The notes below the pieces were generated by a model, which was given only the letters and a program-made list of their open reading frames with translations, was not told the origin of the DNA and made no database searches. The translations under genes and the position numbers were made by a program. A stretch of DNA of 64,000 bases from an uncultured Gammaproteobacteria bacterium (GTDB lineage Bacteria > Patescibacteriota > Microgenomatia > UBA10105 > UBA927), in contig CAZUOM010000004.1 of the NCBI GenBank assembly GCA_964621305.1, forward strand, positions 14,209-78,208, in the 5' to 3' direction. This document shows positions 47,316-57,095 of the stretch, piece by piece. Every line of letters starts with the position of its first letter. Position 1 is the first letter of the stretch.

Positions 47316-48331
47316 GCCTCATGGAAGATACCCTTAAAACCAGAGCTGCCGAAGTACTTGTTAAACTCAACCTTGACCAAAAGCGTAAAGTCATACGTGA
47401 TCTTACGGCGGAAATCTCCCACCCCGATTTCTGGAAAGACAATCAAGCGGCCAAGCAAAAAATGAAGGAGCTCGCTAGCCTCCGAAAGGAGCTTGAAGAT
47501 GGTGAAATGTTTGAGTTTTTGGTTAGCGAAGGAAAAGAAGACGAGGTTATTAGAGAATTGAAGCGTCTTGAGTTTGCACTTTATTTGTCCGGGTCTTACG
47601 ACCGGGGAGATGCAATTTTTGCCATTCATGCAGGCCAAGGAGGAATCGAGGCAATGGACTGGACTGCTATGCTTTACCGAATGTACAGCCGCTACGTCGA
47701 GCGCAAAGGCTGGCAGCTTGAAGAAATTGATTATACGCCGGGAGATGAAGCAGGGATAAAAAGTGTTACTGCAAGTGTTTCTGGGCGATTTGCCTTTGGA
47801 TTTCTTAAAGCTGAAGCGGGTGTGCACAGACTTGTTAGACAATCACCGTTTAATGCTGATAAACTGAGGCAGACTTCATTTGCGATGGTAGAGGTGTTGC
47901 CGGTTATAGGAGAGTCAGTTGAGTTAGAGATTAAAGAGGAAGATCTTGAGTGGGATTTTTACCGAAGTGGAGGCCACGGCGGCCAAAACGTCAACAAAGT
48001 TTCAACCGCCGTACGTCTTCGTCACAAACCCACAGGTATCGTCGTAACTAGCCAAGCACAGCGTTACCAAGGGCAAAACCGTGAGCATGCTCTTACTATT
48101 TTGCGCAGTAAGTTGTGGGAATTGGAACAGAGGAAAAGGTTTGAGGAAGAAAAGTCAATCCGCGGGCAATACAAGACGCCGGGGTGGGGCAATCAAATCC
48201 GTTCTTATGTTCTTCATCCATATCACATGATCAAAGACTTACGCACCAGGCACGAAACCGGCGATACGGATAGGGTGCTGGGCGGGGACATTGAAGACTT
48301 TGTCGTTGCGTACTTGAAAAGTACGGCGTAA
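47312..48331 (+). CDS. prfB: Peptide chain release factor 2
   Basis: SPF anticodon mimic, [11 protein letters not shown]; continuous frame. Confidence 0.95.
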   Translation: MSLMEDTLKTRAAEVLVKLNLDQKRKVIRDLTAEISHPDFWKDNQAAKQKMKELASLRKELEDGEMFEFLVSEGKEDEVIRELKRLEFALYLSGSYDRGDAIFAIHAGQGGIEAMDWTAMLYRMYSRYVERKGWQLEEIDYTPGDEAGIKSVTASVSGRFAFGFLKAEAGVHRLVRQSPFNADKLRQTSFAMVEVLPVIGESVELEIKEEDLEWDFYRSGGHGGQNVNKVSTAVRLRHKPTGIVVTSQAQRYQGQNREHALTILRSKLWELEQRKRFEEEKSIRGQYKTPGWGNQIRSYVLHPYHMIKDLRTRHETGDTDRVLGGDIEDFVVAYLKSTA

Positions 48332-48348
48332 GGGTTAATAATGAAACC

Positions 48349-48786
48349 ATGAATAATGAGGCAGAAGATCAGTTGTTGAAAACCCTTGAGGAGAAGCAAA
48401 ACATGAAAATTCAACCGGCTATTGTAGGAGTTTATATTATATTAATTACTTTGGGCGTAGCAACAGGATACCTTCTATCAAAAGTGAGCGCTACGAGAGT
48501 CAATGAGAAACCATCAATGGTCAAAACAGATAAAATTGTAGGCATTACAGATACCAAAACGTTTAAAGATTTCGCCGAAGGAATGATCGAAAAAGGCGGT
48601 ATAGATGGAGAAGGCACACACAAGCTTGTTCGCGAGGGAGGCCCATCCCAGACTGCTTTTCTTATTTCTTCTGTCGTTGACCTTGACGAATTTTCTGGCA
48701 AGAAGGTGCGCGTGTGGGGGGAAACGTTCGCTGCAAAAAAAGCCGCGTGGCTTATGGATGTCGGGAAAATTGAACTCCTGCAATGA
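48349..48786 (+). CDS. Membrane-anchored hypothetical protein
   Basis: TM then beta-rich domain (GEGTHKLVREGG..SSVVDL..GETF). Confidence 0.75.
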   Translation: MNNEAEDQLLKTLEEKQNMKIQPAIVGVYIILITLGVATGYLLSKVSATRVNEKPSMVKTDKIVGITDTKTFKDFAEGMIEKGGIDGEGTHKLVREGGPSQTAFLISSVVDLDEFSGKKVRVWGETFAAKKAAWLMDVGKIELLQ

Positions 48787-49475
48787 TTCGCTTCAATGGC
48801 GTTAGCAAATTATATGGCACCAGTAGCGCTTTGTCCGACGTAGCATTTACAATCGGCAAGGGCGAATTTGTCTTTCTTATCGGTTCTTCCGGCGCAGGAA
48901 AAACTACATGTCTTCGCATGATTATCTGTGATATTCTTCCGACGAATGGAAACGTAGAAGTAGATGGTATAGACATCCGGCAGGTGCCTGCCGGCAAAAA
49001 GTACCTCTTGCGGCGGAAGGTTGGGACAGTGTTCCAAGATTTTAAACTTCTTCCTGACCGGACCATCTATGAAAATGTTGCCCTTGCATTGGAAATTCTT
49101 GGAAGAAAAGATGCGGAGGTAAAGAAAGATGTCCATGATGTTCTTGGGCTGGTGGGGTTGGGGGGGAAAGCCGCGATGTTCCCGCGGCAGTTATCAGCTG
49201 GAGAGCTACAGCGCACCAGTATAGCACGCGCTATCGCCGGTGGACCGACAATTTTACTGGCTGATGAGCCCACAGGTAACTTGGACCCGCAGACAGCAGA
49301 AGAAATTCTCCGGATTCTTGTCGAGATTAATAAAATAGGAACGACCGTACTCATGGCTACCCACAACGCTATGGTGGTTAACGAATTAAAAAAACGAACG
49401 ATTACGCTCGAAAATGGGCGGCTCGTTAGCGATGAAGCAAAAGGCAGGTATCACCTCTCAAAAAGGAAATCATGA
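48783..49475 (+). CDS. ftsE: Cell division ATP-binding protein FtsE
   Basis: GSSGAGKTT, VFQDFKLL, LADEPTGNLD, ATH; adjacent ftsX. Confidence 0.93.
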   Translation: MIRFNGVSKLYGTSSALSDVAFTIGKGEFVFLIGSSGAGKTTCLRMIICDILPTNGNVEVDGIDIRQVPAGKKYLLRRKVGTVFQDFKLLPDRTIYENVALALEILGRKDAEVKKDVHDVLGLVGLGGKAAMFPRQLSAGELQRTSIARAIAGGPTILLADEPTGNLDPQTAEEILRILVEINKIGTTVLMATHNAMVVNELKKRTITLENGRLVSDEAKGRYHLSKRKS

Positions 49476-50371
49476 AACTACTTACCATAACTGGAACGCA
49501 TATTCGAAGATCACCATATCAGGCATTGGCGGCAATCCTCACGATGTTATTGACCATGCTATTGGCCGGGTTCTTTTTTGTAACCTCTGTCGCTTCGGTG
49601 GTCGTGCTCAAATACTTTGAGGGCAAGCCTCAAATTACGGTCTTTTTTACGGATAAGACAGAAGTAACTGAAGTGGATGCACTCCAGCGGAAGCTTGTGG
49701 CAACGGGGAAAACTTCAGGAATAAAATATATTTCTAAAGAAGAGGCGCTGGCTATCTATCGCCAACAGAATAAAAACGACCCTTTGCTTCTGGAGATGGT
49801 CACTGCAGAAATTTTGCCTGCGTCGCTTGAGATTTCCGCCACCAACCCCTCGTACCTTCGGGATCTTGAAGAGGTCATTGCCGGATCCCAAGGAGTTGAA
49901 GAAGTAGTTTTCCAGCAAGATGTTGTCGATTCCCTCTTGGCCTGGACCCGGGCCATTCGCATTGTTGGCGGCATACTGGCAGGACTATTAGCCATTGATT
50001 CGCTTCTGGTGGTTATGACCATTATCGGTATGAAGATAGCATTAAAAAAAACGGAAGTAGAAATTTTAACCTTGGTTGGGGCCTCTCCCTGGTACATCCG
50101 TGCGCCGTTTCTTTTGGAAGGTGGGCTCTATGGAGCATTTGGCGCTCTTGCCGCTTGGGGCATCATCATCGGAGGGGTACTGTGGCTGCGAGCTGGACTG
50201 CTGACATTTTTAGGAATTCCGGCTATTGCCGAAGTTTTACAACATCCTATGAGTGCCGGTTTTTTGTTTCCGGCGTTCTTGCTGTTTGCGATTATGATCT
50301 GCGTCGGTTTTTCCCTCGGCATTTTCGGCAGTTTCGTTGCAGTAAGCCGCTACCTGCAGTCTGAACGATAA
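49472..50371 (+). CDS. ftsX: Cell division permease FtsX
   Basis: [31 protein letters not shown]. Confidence 0.92.
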   Translation: MKLLTITGTHIRRSPYQALAAILTMLLTMLLAGFFFVTSVASVVVLKYFEGKPQITVFFTDKTEVTEVDALQRKLVATGKTSGIKYISKEEALAIYRQQNKNDPLLLEMVTAEILPASLEISATNPSYLRDLEEVIAGSQGVEEVVFQQDVVDSLLAWTRAIRIVGGILAGLLAIDSLLVVMTIIGMKIALKKTEVEILTLVGASPWYIRAPFLLEGGLYGAFGALAAWGIIIGGVLWLRAGLLTFLGIPAIAEVLQHPMSAGFLFPAFLLFAIMICVGFSLGIFGSFVAVSRYLQSER

Positions 50372-50375
50372 CTCC

Positions 50376-51488
50376 ATGAAGCTTTTGGTTTTAGTCGTTG
50401 CTCTTGGATTCGTTTTGATAGTTGTACAGCCGGCGGCGGCGCAGACAATTGCTGAGCTTCAGGCGAAAATTGTGGAGCTGGAAGGTCAGGCAAGCTCGCT
50501 TTCTAAAGAAATATCGCTGAAAAACTCTCAAATTTCCTTAACCCAGCTCAAAATGAGTTCGACGAGAATTTCTATAGATAAACTGGCAAAAGAAATAGAC
50601 GAGCTTACCGCTCAAATAGAACAACTCGAAGAACTCAAAACCAAGAGACTTGAATTAGCTCTCCATCGTGCGCCGGAAGCATATAAACGACGGAGCCAGC
50701 TCTTGATTGGGTTTTTATTCCTGGGTCAAAATTTTTCCAACATGCTTTCACGTGTCAAATACCTTGCGCGGGTGCAAGAAGTCGACGCACAACTGTATAA
50801 ACAGCTTCAGCTTACTCAAGTCAGATATAATGAGCGCAAGGATGCGCGGGAGAAAAAGAAAGCAGAATTAGAAGCACTTAAACAGCAACTGGAGGCCCAA
50901 ACGCGAGATCTGGAACAAAGAAAAAAAGAGAAGCAGGTTCTTTTGGATCAGACAAAAAATAGTGAAGCGGTCTATCAGCAATTGCTGGCGCAGGCGTTGG
51001 CGGAAAAAAGGGCACTGGAGCAAGCGCTCGTTGACGCAGTGAAAATCGGTCCAGTCAAAAAAGGCGATCCGATAGCACTGGTAGGCAACACAGGATATCC
51101 GGGCTGTTCTACTGGGCCGCATCTTCATTTTGAAATCAGGAAGAACAACGTTTGGACGGATCCAGGAGAGTATATTAGCGCCAAAACCGTAAAAGACGAA
51201 CAGGACGGCGGCGATCGGTTAGTGGGACGCGGTTCTTGGGACTGGCCACTTGCGGACACCATAAGGCTAACCCAGTACTTCGGCAGGACGCCGTATTCGT
51301 GGCGCTATACTTATTCCGGAGGCGTTCATACGGGCATTGATATGGTTTCAACATCTACGGAAGTAGTCCGTGCGCCCAAAGACGGTATGCTCTATTCGTC
51401 AAGTCAATCCTGCGGTAGCAGTATCATAAAAATAAAATACATAGACCACAGCGATAGCCTCTTGAGTTTTTATCTTCATGTGCAGTAG
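50376..51488 (+). CDS. Coiled-coil protein with M23 peptidase domain (EnvC/CwlO position)
   Basis: Signal peptide, long coiled coil, [13 protein letters not shown] and HTGID motifs in reversed order. Confidence 0.88.
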   Translation: MKLLVLVVALGFVLIVVQPAAAQTIAELQAKIVELEGQASSLSKEISLKNSQISLTQLKMSSTRISIDKLAKEIDELTAQIEQLEELKTKRLELALHRAPEAYKRRSQLLIGFLFLGQNFSNMLSRVKYLARVQEVDAQLYKQLQLTQVRYNERKDAREKKKAELEALKQQLEAQTRDLEQRKKEKQVLLDQTKNSEAVYQQLLAQALAEKRALEQALVDAVKIGPVKKGDPIALVGNTGYPGCSTGPHLHFEIRKNNVWTDPGEYISAKTVKDEQDGGDRLVGRGSWDWPLADTIRLTQYFGRTPYSWRYTYSGGVHTGIDMVSTSTEVVRAPKDGMLYSSSQSCGSSIIKIKYIDHSDSLLSFYLHVQ

Positions 51489-52290
51489 TATAGATAGCGC
51501 TATTAAAGTACTATACGTATTTATTATTGTTGTATTCTTCCTTCTTCCTCAACAGGTTTCCGCAGCTGTTGTTATTAATGAGTTTCAATTAGAACCTTCG
51601 GGAGCTTCTCAATGGGCGGAAATTCTCAATACCGGACCGGATTCAGTGAATATTTCCGGTTGGTTTATTGACGACAATGGAGGATCAGAAAAATATACAA
51701 TCCCTTCTGGAAGTATCATTTCTGCAAATACGTGTATATCTTTCCAGAGCGGAAATTTTAACTGGAATACCGCATCTAGCGACAGCGCACGCTTGCTTAA
51801 TGGTTTGACAGTTGTTGATGAATATTCTTTTTCTGAAAGTCCAGGTAGCGGGGTTTCTTATGGAAGATCGCCAGACGGAACAGGAAGCTTCACAACATTT
51901 ACTAGTCCGACACGCGATAAGGTTAATTCAACTGGTCAATCATGTTTAGCGCCACCGACACCAACTCCCACGCCAACATCCACACCAACTCCTACTTTAA
52001 CTCCGACTCCTACGCCCACGCCGGGGCCCACGGTGACGCCGACTCCTACGCCCACAAAAACTCCGACTCCGACTCCTACCCGAACCCTAACGCCGGCACC
52101 AACCTTAATTGAGTTACCACCCGAATCAACCGCGACCGTATTGGGAGCCAAAGAAGACAACCCAGAACCAGAGGAGCCAAGGCCAATACAGCCCTTTATC
52201 ATTTCTTTACTTCTCATATCGTTTGGGTTGGCGATTTTGTCTCTTCTGTTGCTGGTTAAAAAATTACCAAAACTCATCAAACATTTCTAG
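51478..52290 (+). CDS. Lamin-tail-domain surface protein with PT linker and C-terminal TM
   Basis: [28 protein letters not shown], (PT)n, VLG motif, TM. Confidence 0.85.
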   Translation: MCSSIDSAIKVLYVFIIVVFFLLPQQVSAAVVINEFQLEPSGASQWAEILNTGPDSVNISGWFIDDNGGSEKYTIPSGSIISANTCISFQSGNFNWNTASSDSARLLNGLTVVDEYSFSESPGSGVSYGRSPDGTGSFTTFTSPTRDKVNSTGQSCLAPPTPTPTPTSTPTPTLTPTPTPTPGPTVTPTPTPTKTPTPTPTRTLTPAPTLIELPPESTATVLGAKEDNPEPEEPRPIQPFIISLLLISFGLAILSLLLLVKKLPKLIKHF

Positions 52291-52312
52291 AAGAAGCTGG
52301 TATACTGCACGG

Positions 52313-52726
52313 ATGAAGCTAGTTGGGATTTGGTTGCCGTCAGTTGCTTGGATGTCTATTATTTTTCTTTTATCCTCGCGTCAGCGTGTGGAGATCTCAG
52401 ATCAAGAGGCAATAAACTTTTTATTTTTCAAAACATTACACCTCATTGAGTACGCAATCTTATTTTCCCTCAATGTCCGTGCGTTACGTTTATCTTTTTC
52501 AAAAGAGCGATTGAAAAAAGTTTTAACAACAGCAGCGACTCTTACAATTGTCTATGCGTTCACCGATGAGATTCACCAACTTTATGTGCCTACCCGGGAG
52601 GGGAAGTTGACCGATGTTATAATTGATGGCATTGGAGTAGCACTTACATGGATATTCATAACCCGATTATTACCAAAAACGCCCAAGAAGCTGCGCGTGT
52701 GGGTCAAGCGTTGGCCGGTGAGGTAG
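52313..52726 (+). CDS. VanZ-family membrane protein
   Basis: K.LH..EYAIL, DEIHQLYVPTR.G..DV..D; start ATG 52313. Confidence 0.9.
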   Translation: MKLVGIWLPSVAWMSIIFLLSSRQRVEISDQEAINFLFFKTLHLIEYAILFSLNVRALRLSFSKERLKKVLTTAATLTIVYAFTDEIHQLYVPTREGKLTDVIIDGIGVALTWIFITRLLPKTPKKLRVWVKRWPVR

Positions 52727-53100
52727 TTGAAATGGGACAGAGTGCGGCAATCATTTGCCTGTATGGGGAATTGGGAAGCGGGAAGACGACATTTGCGCAG
52801 GGATTTGCAAAAGGATTAGGTATTGGCTCCCGCCTCCTTTCCCCTACCTTCATTATTGTACGACGTTATCAAATTCCAAAGTCATCCAAGTTTTTTTATC
52901 ACATTGATCTTTATAGAATACAGACAAAAGAGGAGTTGGAAGGCCTTGGACTAAGGGAAATTTTTGCCGAGCCGTCAGCAACTATTATTATTGAATGGGC
53001 CGACCGGCTTGAAAAACTTCTACCCAAAAAAAGGATTGACGTTTACTTCTCCTTGATGGGTTTGACCAAGCGAGAGATTACGATTAAAAAAATTTCCTGA
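52648..53100 (+). CDS. tsaE: t6A biosynthesis ATPase TsaE
   Basis: GELGSGKTT, SPTF, HIDLYR, IEW. Confidence 0.95.
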   Translation: MDIHNPIITKNAQEAARVGQALAGEVVEMGQSAAIICLYGELGSGKTTFAQGFAKGLGIGSRLLSPTFIIVRRYQIPKSSKFFYHIDLYRIQTKEELEGLGLREIFAEPSATIIIEWADRLEKLLPKKRIDVYFSLMGLTKREITIKKIS

Positions 53101-53108
53101 GTCTGCAA

Positions 53109-54065
53109 TTATTTGCCAAACACTTCTGCTCTGTTTCGAATTTTTAATCCCGTATCCTGTTGCAGGATATCTCTTCCAGAAAATTTAAACTCGTTCCATT
53201 CGGGCTTCATGGCCCAGCGAAGCGCAGTTGCGTAAAGACACAGGGGGCCACAATCTTCAGCATTAAACTGGACTTTTGTCTGTTTTGCCGCATACAATTC
53301 TGGGTGGTCTGCTAGTTCTTGATCTCCGGATAAGCTCAGGTCATATGATTTATTTTTTAGCATCTCAACAGCTAATTCATTGGCATAGACTGCAGCTTGC
53401 GATCCTTTAAATATTTCATCTGGGTCAGCGGCTGTTTCAGACCATTTCGATAAATCCATCCATTCTTCATTGTTCTGTGTTGGATTATATGTCAGGACAC
53501 GCCATCCTTTTGCTGTTCTTTCCGGCGCACGCAAACAAAGCACCCAATGGGTACCGGCACTCCGATAAAAAACCATAGGCAATTGCCATCGTTGCGCAAG
53601 TGCAAAAAGGTCTGATCCAGAGAACCATTCTCCGTTGTTGTATGAACTATGAGTAGGTGAGCTAATGGTTGTTTTAGCAATGAGATCTTTCATTTTTGGT
53701 CGTAGGCTTGAGACAAAGATACTGGCGGCCTCTCTGTTTGTTTGTGACGTGATATAAAGACTGGCTAAAGCGTCTTCGTATCCAGGATGTGCTACAGCAT
53801 AATCGTGAGCATCATCTACTGTTATTACTATCCTATTTTTTGGGTTTTCACCTTCTTGATTAAGTACTCGAATCAACGATCGGATACCTGCTAATTCTTC
53901 AGGCGTATCGAAATCTTCTGGTTGTAAAATTTTAATTTGGTCTTGTATAGCCTTGGTATCAGCCAGGACTGTGTTTTCATTCGCACGGTGGTACCAAGGA
54001 AGTATTTGAATTGGGACATCTTGTCTTCGACGTCCATGCAAAACATCAGCCAATTTATCTAGCAT
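53109..54065 (-). CDS. Putative CE-clan (Ulp1/C48-like) cysteine protease
   Basis: THWVL, TYNP, QFNAEDCG in His-Asn-Gln-Cys order. Confidence 0.6.
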   Translation of the reverse strand: MLDKLADVLHGRRRQDVPIQILPWYHRANENTVLADTKAIQDQIKILQPEDFDTPEELAGIRSLIRVLNQEGENPKNRIVITVDDAHDYAVAHPGYEDALASLYITSQTNREAASIFVSSLRPKMKDLIAKTTISSPTHSSYNNGEWFSGSDLFALAQRWQLPMVFYRSAGTHWVLCLRAPERTAKGWRVLTYNPTQNNEEWMDLSKWSETAADPDEIFKGSQAAVYANELAVEMLKNKSYDLSLSGDQELADHPELYAAKQTKVQFNAEDCGPLCLYATALRWAMKPEWNEFKFSGRDILQQDTGLKIRNRAEVFGK

Positions 54066-54111
54066 ATAGTCTTGTATAGTACTAATAAAAAAACATACAA
54101 TCCTACTGAGT

Positions 54112-54705
54112 ATGAATGATGATTATATCATAGCACTTGCCGTTCAGGTACTAAAAGAAGGGGGAATTGTCATCTATCCGACGGATACGGCTTTCGGCAT
54201 AGGGTGCAGGATCGACCGGCCTCGTGCTGTTGATCGACTATTTAAAATTCGTAATCGACCGTTCACACAGGCGACACCTGTTTTAATTAACACTAAAGAG
54301 ACGGCCATCGCCTATTTTGATAACCCTCCAGAAATTGTGCGACGTTTTATGAGGGAGTATTGGCCGGGAGCGCTCACAATCGTTGCCAAATGTAAGAAAA
54401 ATCTTGTTGACTCCCCTATCCGTGGGGGCGGCGAAACTATTGGCGTTCGAATGCCCGACCATGAAACTGCCTTGTCAATCATTAGAGGAGTCGGTGTACC
54501 GATTTTGGGTCCATCTGCCAACTTTCACGGCGGCCCCACCCCCTACCGGCAGGAAGACCTCGATCCGGATCTAGTTAAACTCGTTGATCTAGTAGTTCCT
54601 GGAAAATGCAAATTCGGCAACGTCTCCACCGTCATCGACTGTTCCGTTTCGCCCTACAAAATTATCCGCCAGGGGGCGGTGAGATTACACCCAGGGGTGG
54701 TATAA
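54112..54705 (+). CDS. tsaC: L-threonylcarbamoyladenylate synthase (TsaC/YrdC)
   Basis: YPTDTAFG, WPGALT, GVRMP, SANF.G, STVID. Confidence 0.93.
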   Translation: MNDDYIIALAVQVLKEGGIVIYPTDTAFGIGCRIDRPRAVDRLFKIRNRPFTQATPVLINTKETAIAYFDNPPEIVRRFMREYWPGALTIVAKCKKNLVDSPIRGGGETIGVRMPDHETALSIIRGVGVPILGPSANFHGGPTPYRQEDLDPDLVKLVDLVVPGKCKFGNVSTVIDCSVSPYKIIRQGAVRLHPGVV

Positions 54706-54712
54706 TACGTGT

Positions 54713-55009
54713 ATGTGGAACTGGTCAGTGGATGAAAAAGCGTTTAAAAAGCGCGATCCGGCGGGGTACAGGTTGTGGCGACTTGAACAGCTTATTAACT
54801 ACGGCCTCGACGGGGAAAAATTGAGCGAAAAGGAAGTCAAAAAGGCATGGCCGAAAATCAAAGATCGCCTTGATCCTGACAGTCGAAAGGCGATAGAATT
54901 CTATCTATGGGGCAAATCGTGGCGGCTGGAACCGGGCTTACGCCCAGACAGAAAAAATTTCTGGCAGTGGTACTTCAAACGCCATATTTCCTCAAACGTT
55001 TCTACCTGA
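54713..55009 (+). CDS. Small partner of AbiEii-type nucleotidyltransferase (putative antitoxin)
   Basis: WNWSVD..LEQLINYGL; TATAAT-6nt-ATG; overlaps next gene. Confidence 0.65.
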   Translation: MWNWSVDEKAFKKRDPAGYRLWRLEQLINYGLDGEKLSEKEVKKAWPKIKDRLDPDSRKAIEFYLWGKSWRLEPGLRPDRKNFWQWYFKRHISSNVST

Positions 55010-55587
55010 CTGGAGGAACTGCTTTAAGCTACTGGTATCTTCATCACCGGGTTTCGAATGACATAGATTTCTTTAGCGAGCAAGAAGTAAATGTATCGTA
55101 TATTAACCAGTGGTTAGCAGAGAGACAAAAAGTCATTGGTTATTCAGATTTAACTCATAGCCAGCAGTTTGGTTTTAATACATATCAGTTGAAATTTCCT
55201 GACCGTGAAATTCTTAAAGTGGATTTTAACTATTACCCTTCTGAACGAATTGAACGCGGCGTGACCTGGAAAGGCTTGATGATCGATAGTCTCTATGATA
55301 TTGCAGTCAACAAGTTTTATACAATAGCGACGAGCCCTCGAGCAAGAGATTACGTTGATCTATATAGCATCTTGAAAGAAGATCAATGGACTTTGGAACA
55401 ACTTAGAAAAGATTCTGTCATAAAATTTGGTATCCATGTTGAAATTCTTCTTATTGCAAGGCAACTTCTTCGTGTTAAAGAATTTACTGAAATACCACAA
55501 ATGCTTATCCCCGTAGATCGGCATAAAATGGAGGAGTTTTTCGTGGGCCTTGCAAAATCCCTAAAGCCTAAGATATTTAAACCGTAA
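54907..55587 (+). CDS. AbiEii/AbiGii-family nucleotidyltransferase (type IV TA toxin-like)
   Basis: FYLTGGTAL..HRVSNDIDFF, KVDF, NK....R.RDYVDLY. Confidence 0.88.
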   Translation: MGQIVAAGTGLTPRQKKFLAVVLQTPYFLKRFYLTGGTALSYWYLHHRVSNDIDFFSEQEVNVSYINQWLAERQKVIGYSDLTHSQQFGFNTYQLKFPDREILKVDFNYYPSERIERGVTWKGLMIDSLYDIAVNKFYTIATSPRARDYVDLYSILKEDQWTLEQLRKDSVIKFGIHVEILLIARQLLRVKEFTEIPQMLIPVDRHKMEEFFVGLAKSLKPKIFKP

Positions 55588-55596
55588 TCGACTCAA

Positions 55597-55923
55597 ATGA
55601 AGGCTGTCCTTTTTATCGACACTTCAAGCTCGGAACAAATCAAAGTCTCACTTGAGCTGAACGGTAAAAAATTTGAAAAGACGGCGGAGAGGCCTTCTCA
55701 CGCACAGATGGTGCTGCCGATGATTGAGGAGATTCTCAAGAATCATAAAATAAAGCTTTCTGAAATCTCAGAAATTAAGGTAAATACTCACCCCGGTTCT
55801 TTTACCGGTATTAGAGTCGGGATTGCGGTGGCGCAGATGCTCGGCAAGCTTCTCAACATTTCGGTCAACGGGAAACCTGCTGGAGAGGTTCAGGCGACCT
55901 ATCAGGAATCAAAGTGGGAATAG
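55597..55923 (+). CDS. tsaB: TsaB (short, N-terminal domain only)
   Basis: LFIDTS, HAQ..LP.I, PGSFTGIRVG.A.A. Confidence 0.88.
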   Translation: MKAVLFIDTSSSEQIKVSLELNGKKFEKTAERPSHAQMVLPMIEEILKNHKIKLSEISEIKVNTHPGSFTGIRVGIAVAQMLGKLLNISVNGKPAGEVQATYQESKWE

Positions 55924-55940
55924 TGTATTATGGATATAGT

Positions 55941-56837
55941 ATGCCCGAATTTGTTCTTCATTTCTTAACTCCCAATCACACCAATAACCACCGAGCGCGA
56001 GTCTTGCATCTTGACGCGCTACTTTTTTATGTTTTGGCATTTGCGGTGTTTCATCTTGGGATTCAGTGGTTACGCCACGTTCGGCCTGATGTGCTTGGCT
56101 ATGCTACAGATATTCATCTGGAACAGCTTTTGGCAGCAACTAATGCGAAGCGAAAGGAAGCAGGGTTATCAGATCTACAACTTAACAACGAGCTTTCACA
56201 GGCGGCGGCACAAAAAGCCAAAGATATGTTTGCCAATAACTATTGGGCGCACTTTGCCCCAGATGGCAAGACGCCGTGGGATTTTGTTAGTTCTTCTGGA
56301 TATAAATATGCCATCGCCGGTGAAAATCTCGCAAAAAACTTCTCGACAAGTACGGCGGTTGTGGACGCATGGATGGCTTCACCCACCCACAGGGAGAATA
56401 TCGTGAAATCAGAATATCGCGACGTCGGCTTTGCCATCGTCAACGGAGTCCTCGCTGGTGAAGAAACGACGCTGGTGGTTCAAATGTTTGGAGCAACATC
56501 AGCAGAACTTGCCCAAGCAGCCCCGGCGCCAGTTAAGCGGCCTGAAGTGCCAACAACCAGTGCTTCTATTGGCCAAGTCGCCGTAACGCAGGAAAAACCT
56601 TCTGCCCTTGCTGTCGTTGGATCTGCCGTCATCAAGCCAGTGATTGACGCCGCCACACTCACTCACACAATCACGTTTCTTTTTATCGGATTTCTCTTAG
56701 GGGTGCTGGCTATCGATTTTTGGCTCGTCCGGCAGCGTAAACTTGTACGTTTAACCGGTCATACAGTGGGACATCTCGTATTTTTTAGTTCTTTGCTTAT
56801 TTTGACGGGAGCCATAACCCGAGGTAGCATTTTATAA
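55941..56837 (+). CDS. CAP/SCP-domain membrane protein
   Basis: KAKDMF..YWAH, AGENLA, WMASPTHRENI; start ATG 55941. Confidence 0.9.
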   Translation: MPEFVLHFLTPNHTNNHRARVLHLDALLFYVLAFAVFHLGIQWLRHVRPDVLGYATDIHLEQLLAATNAKRKEAGLSDLQLNNELSQAAAQKAKDMFANNYWAHFAPDGKTPWDFVSSSGYKYAIAGENLAKNFSTSTAVVDAWMASPTHRENIVKSEYRDVGFAIVNGVLAGEETTLVVQMFGATSAELAQAAPAPVKRPEVPTTSASIGQVAVTQEKPSALAVVGSAVIKPVIDAATLTHTITFLFIGFLLGVLAIDFWLVRQRKLVRLTGHTVGHLVFFSSLLILTGAITRGSIL

Positions 56838-56840
56838 TAT

Positions 56841-57089
56841 ATGAAACCTCATGTTTTCCATTTTGTCGTCCTATTTGCTATTCTTGTGCTTGGCGTCATG
56901 TCGTTTTTTGTTGTGGCAGGCAATACGGGTTTGCAGTTTCTCGTAGGAGTCATTACGGCAATCGCCTACGTACTCTGGGGTCTTTTTCATCATACCGTTG
57001 CCGGTGATCTTCACAAGAAAATTGTGATAGAATATATCCTCATTGCGGCCATCGCAGTCCTGCTTCTAGAGGTTGCCATCGGGCCGTAA
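56841..57089 (+). CDS. Small three-TM hypothetical protein
   Basis: Y..WG..HH...DLH.KIVIEY motif. Confidence 0.75.
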   Translation: MKPHVFHFVVLFAILVLGVMSFFVVAGNTGLQFLVGVITAIAYVLWGLFHHTVAGDLHKKIVIEYILIAAIAVLLLEVAIGP

Positions 57090-57095
57090 CTTACT

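Noticed and set aside
47360-47385. CTTGAC as a relic of the prfB programmed frameshift
   Set aside because: The frame is continuous, there is no internal SD, and the site appears offset from the canonical position; lack of the frameshift is common.
51950-52105. Repetitive DNA as possible CRISPR or VNTR
   Set aside because: It encodes a degenerate Pro-Thr linker. No repeat-spacer array or cas genes were seen anywhere in the window.
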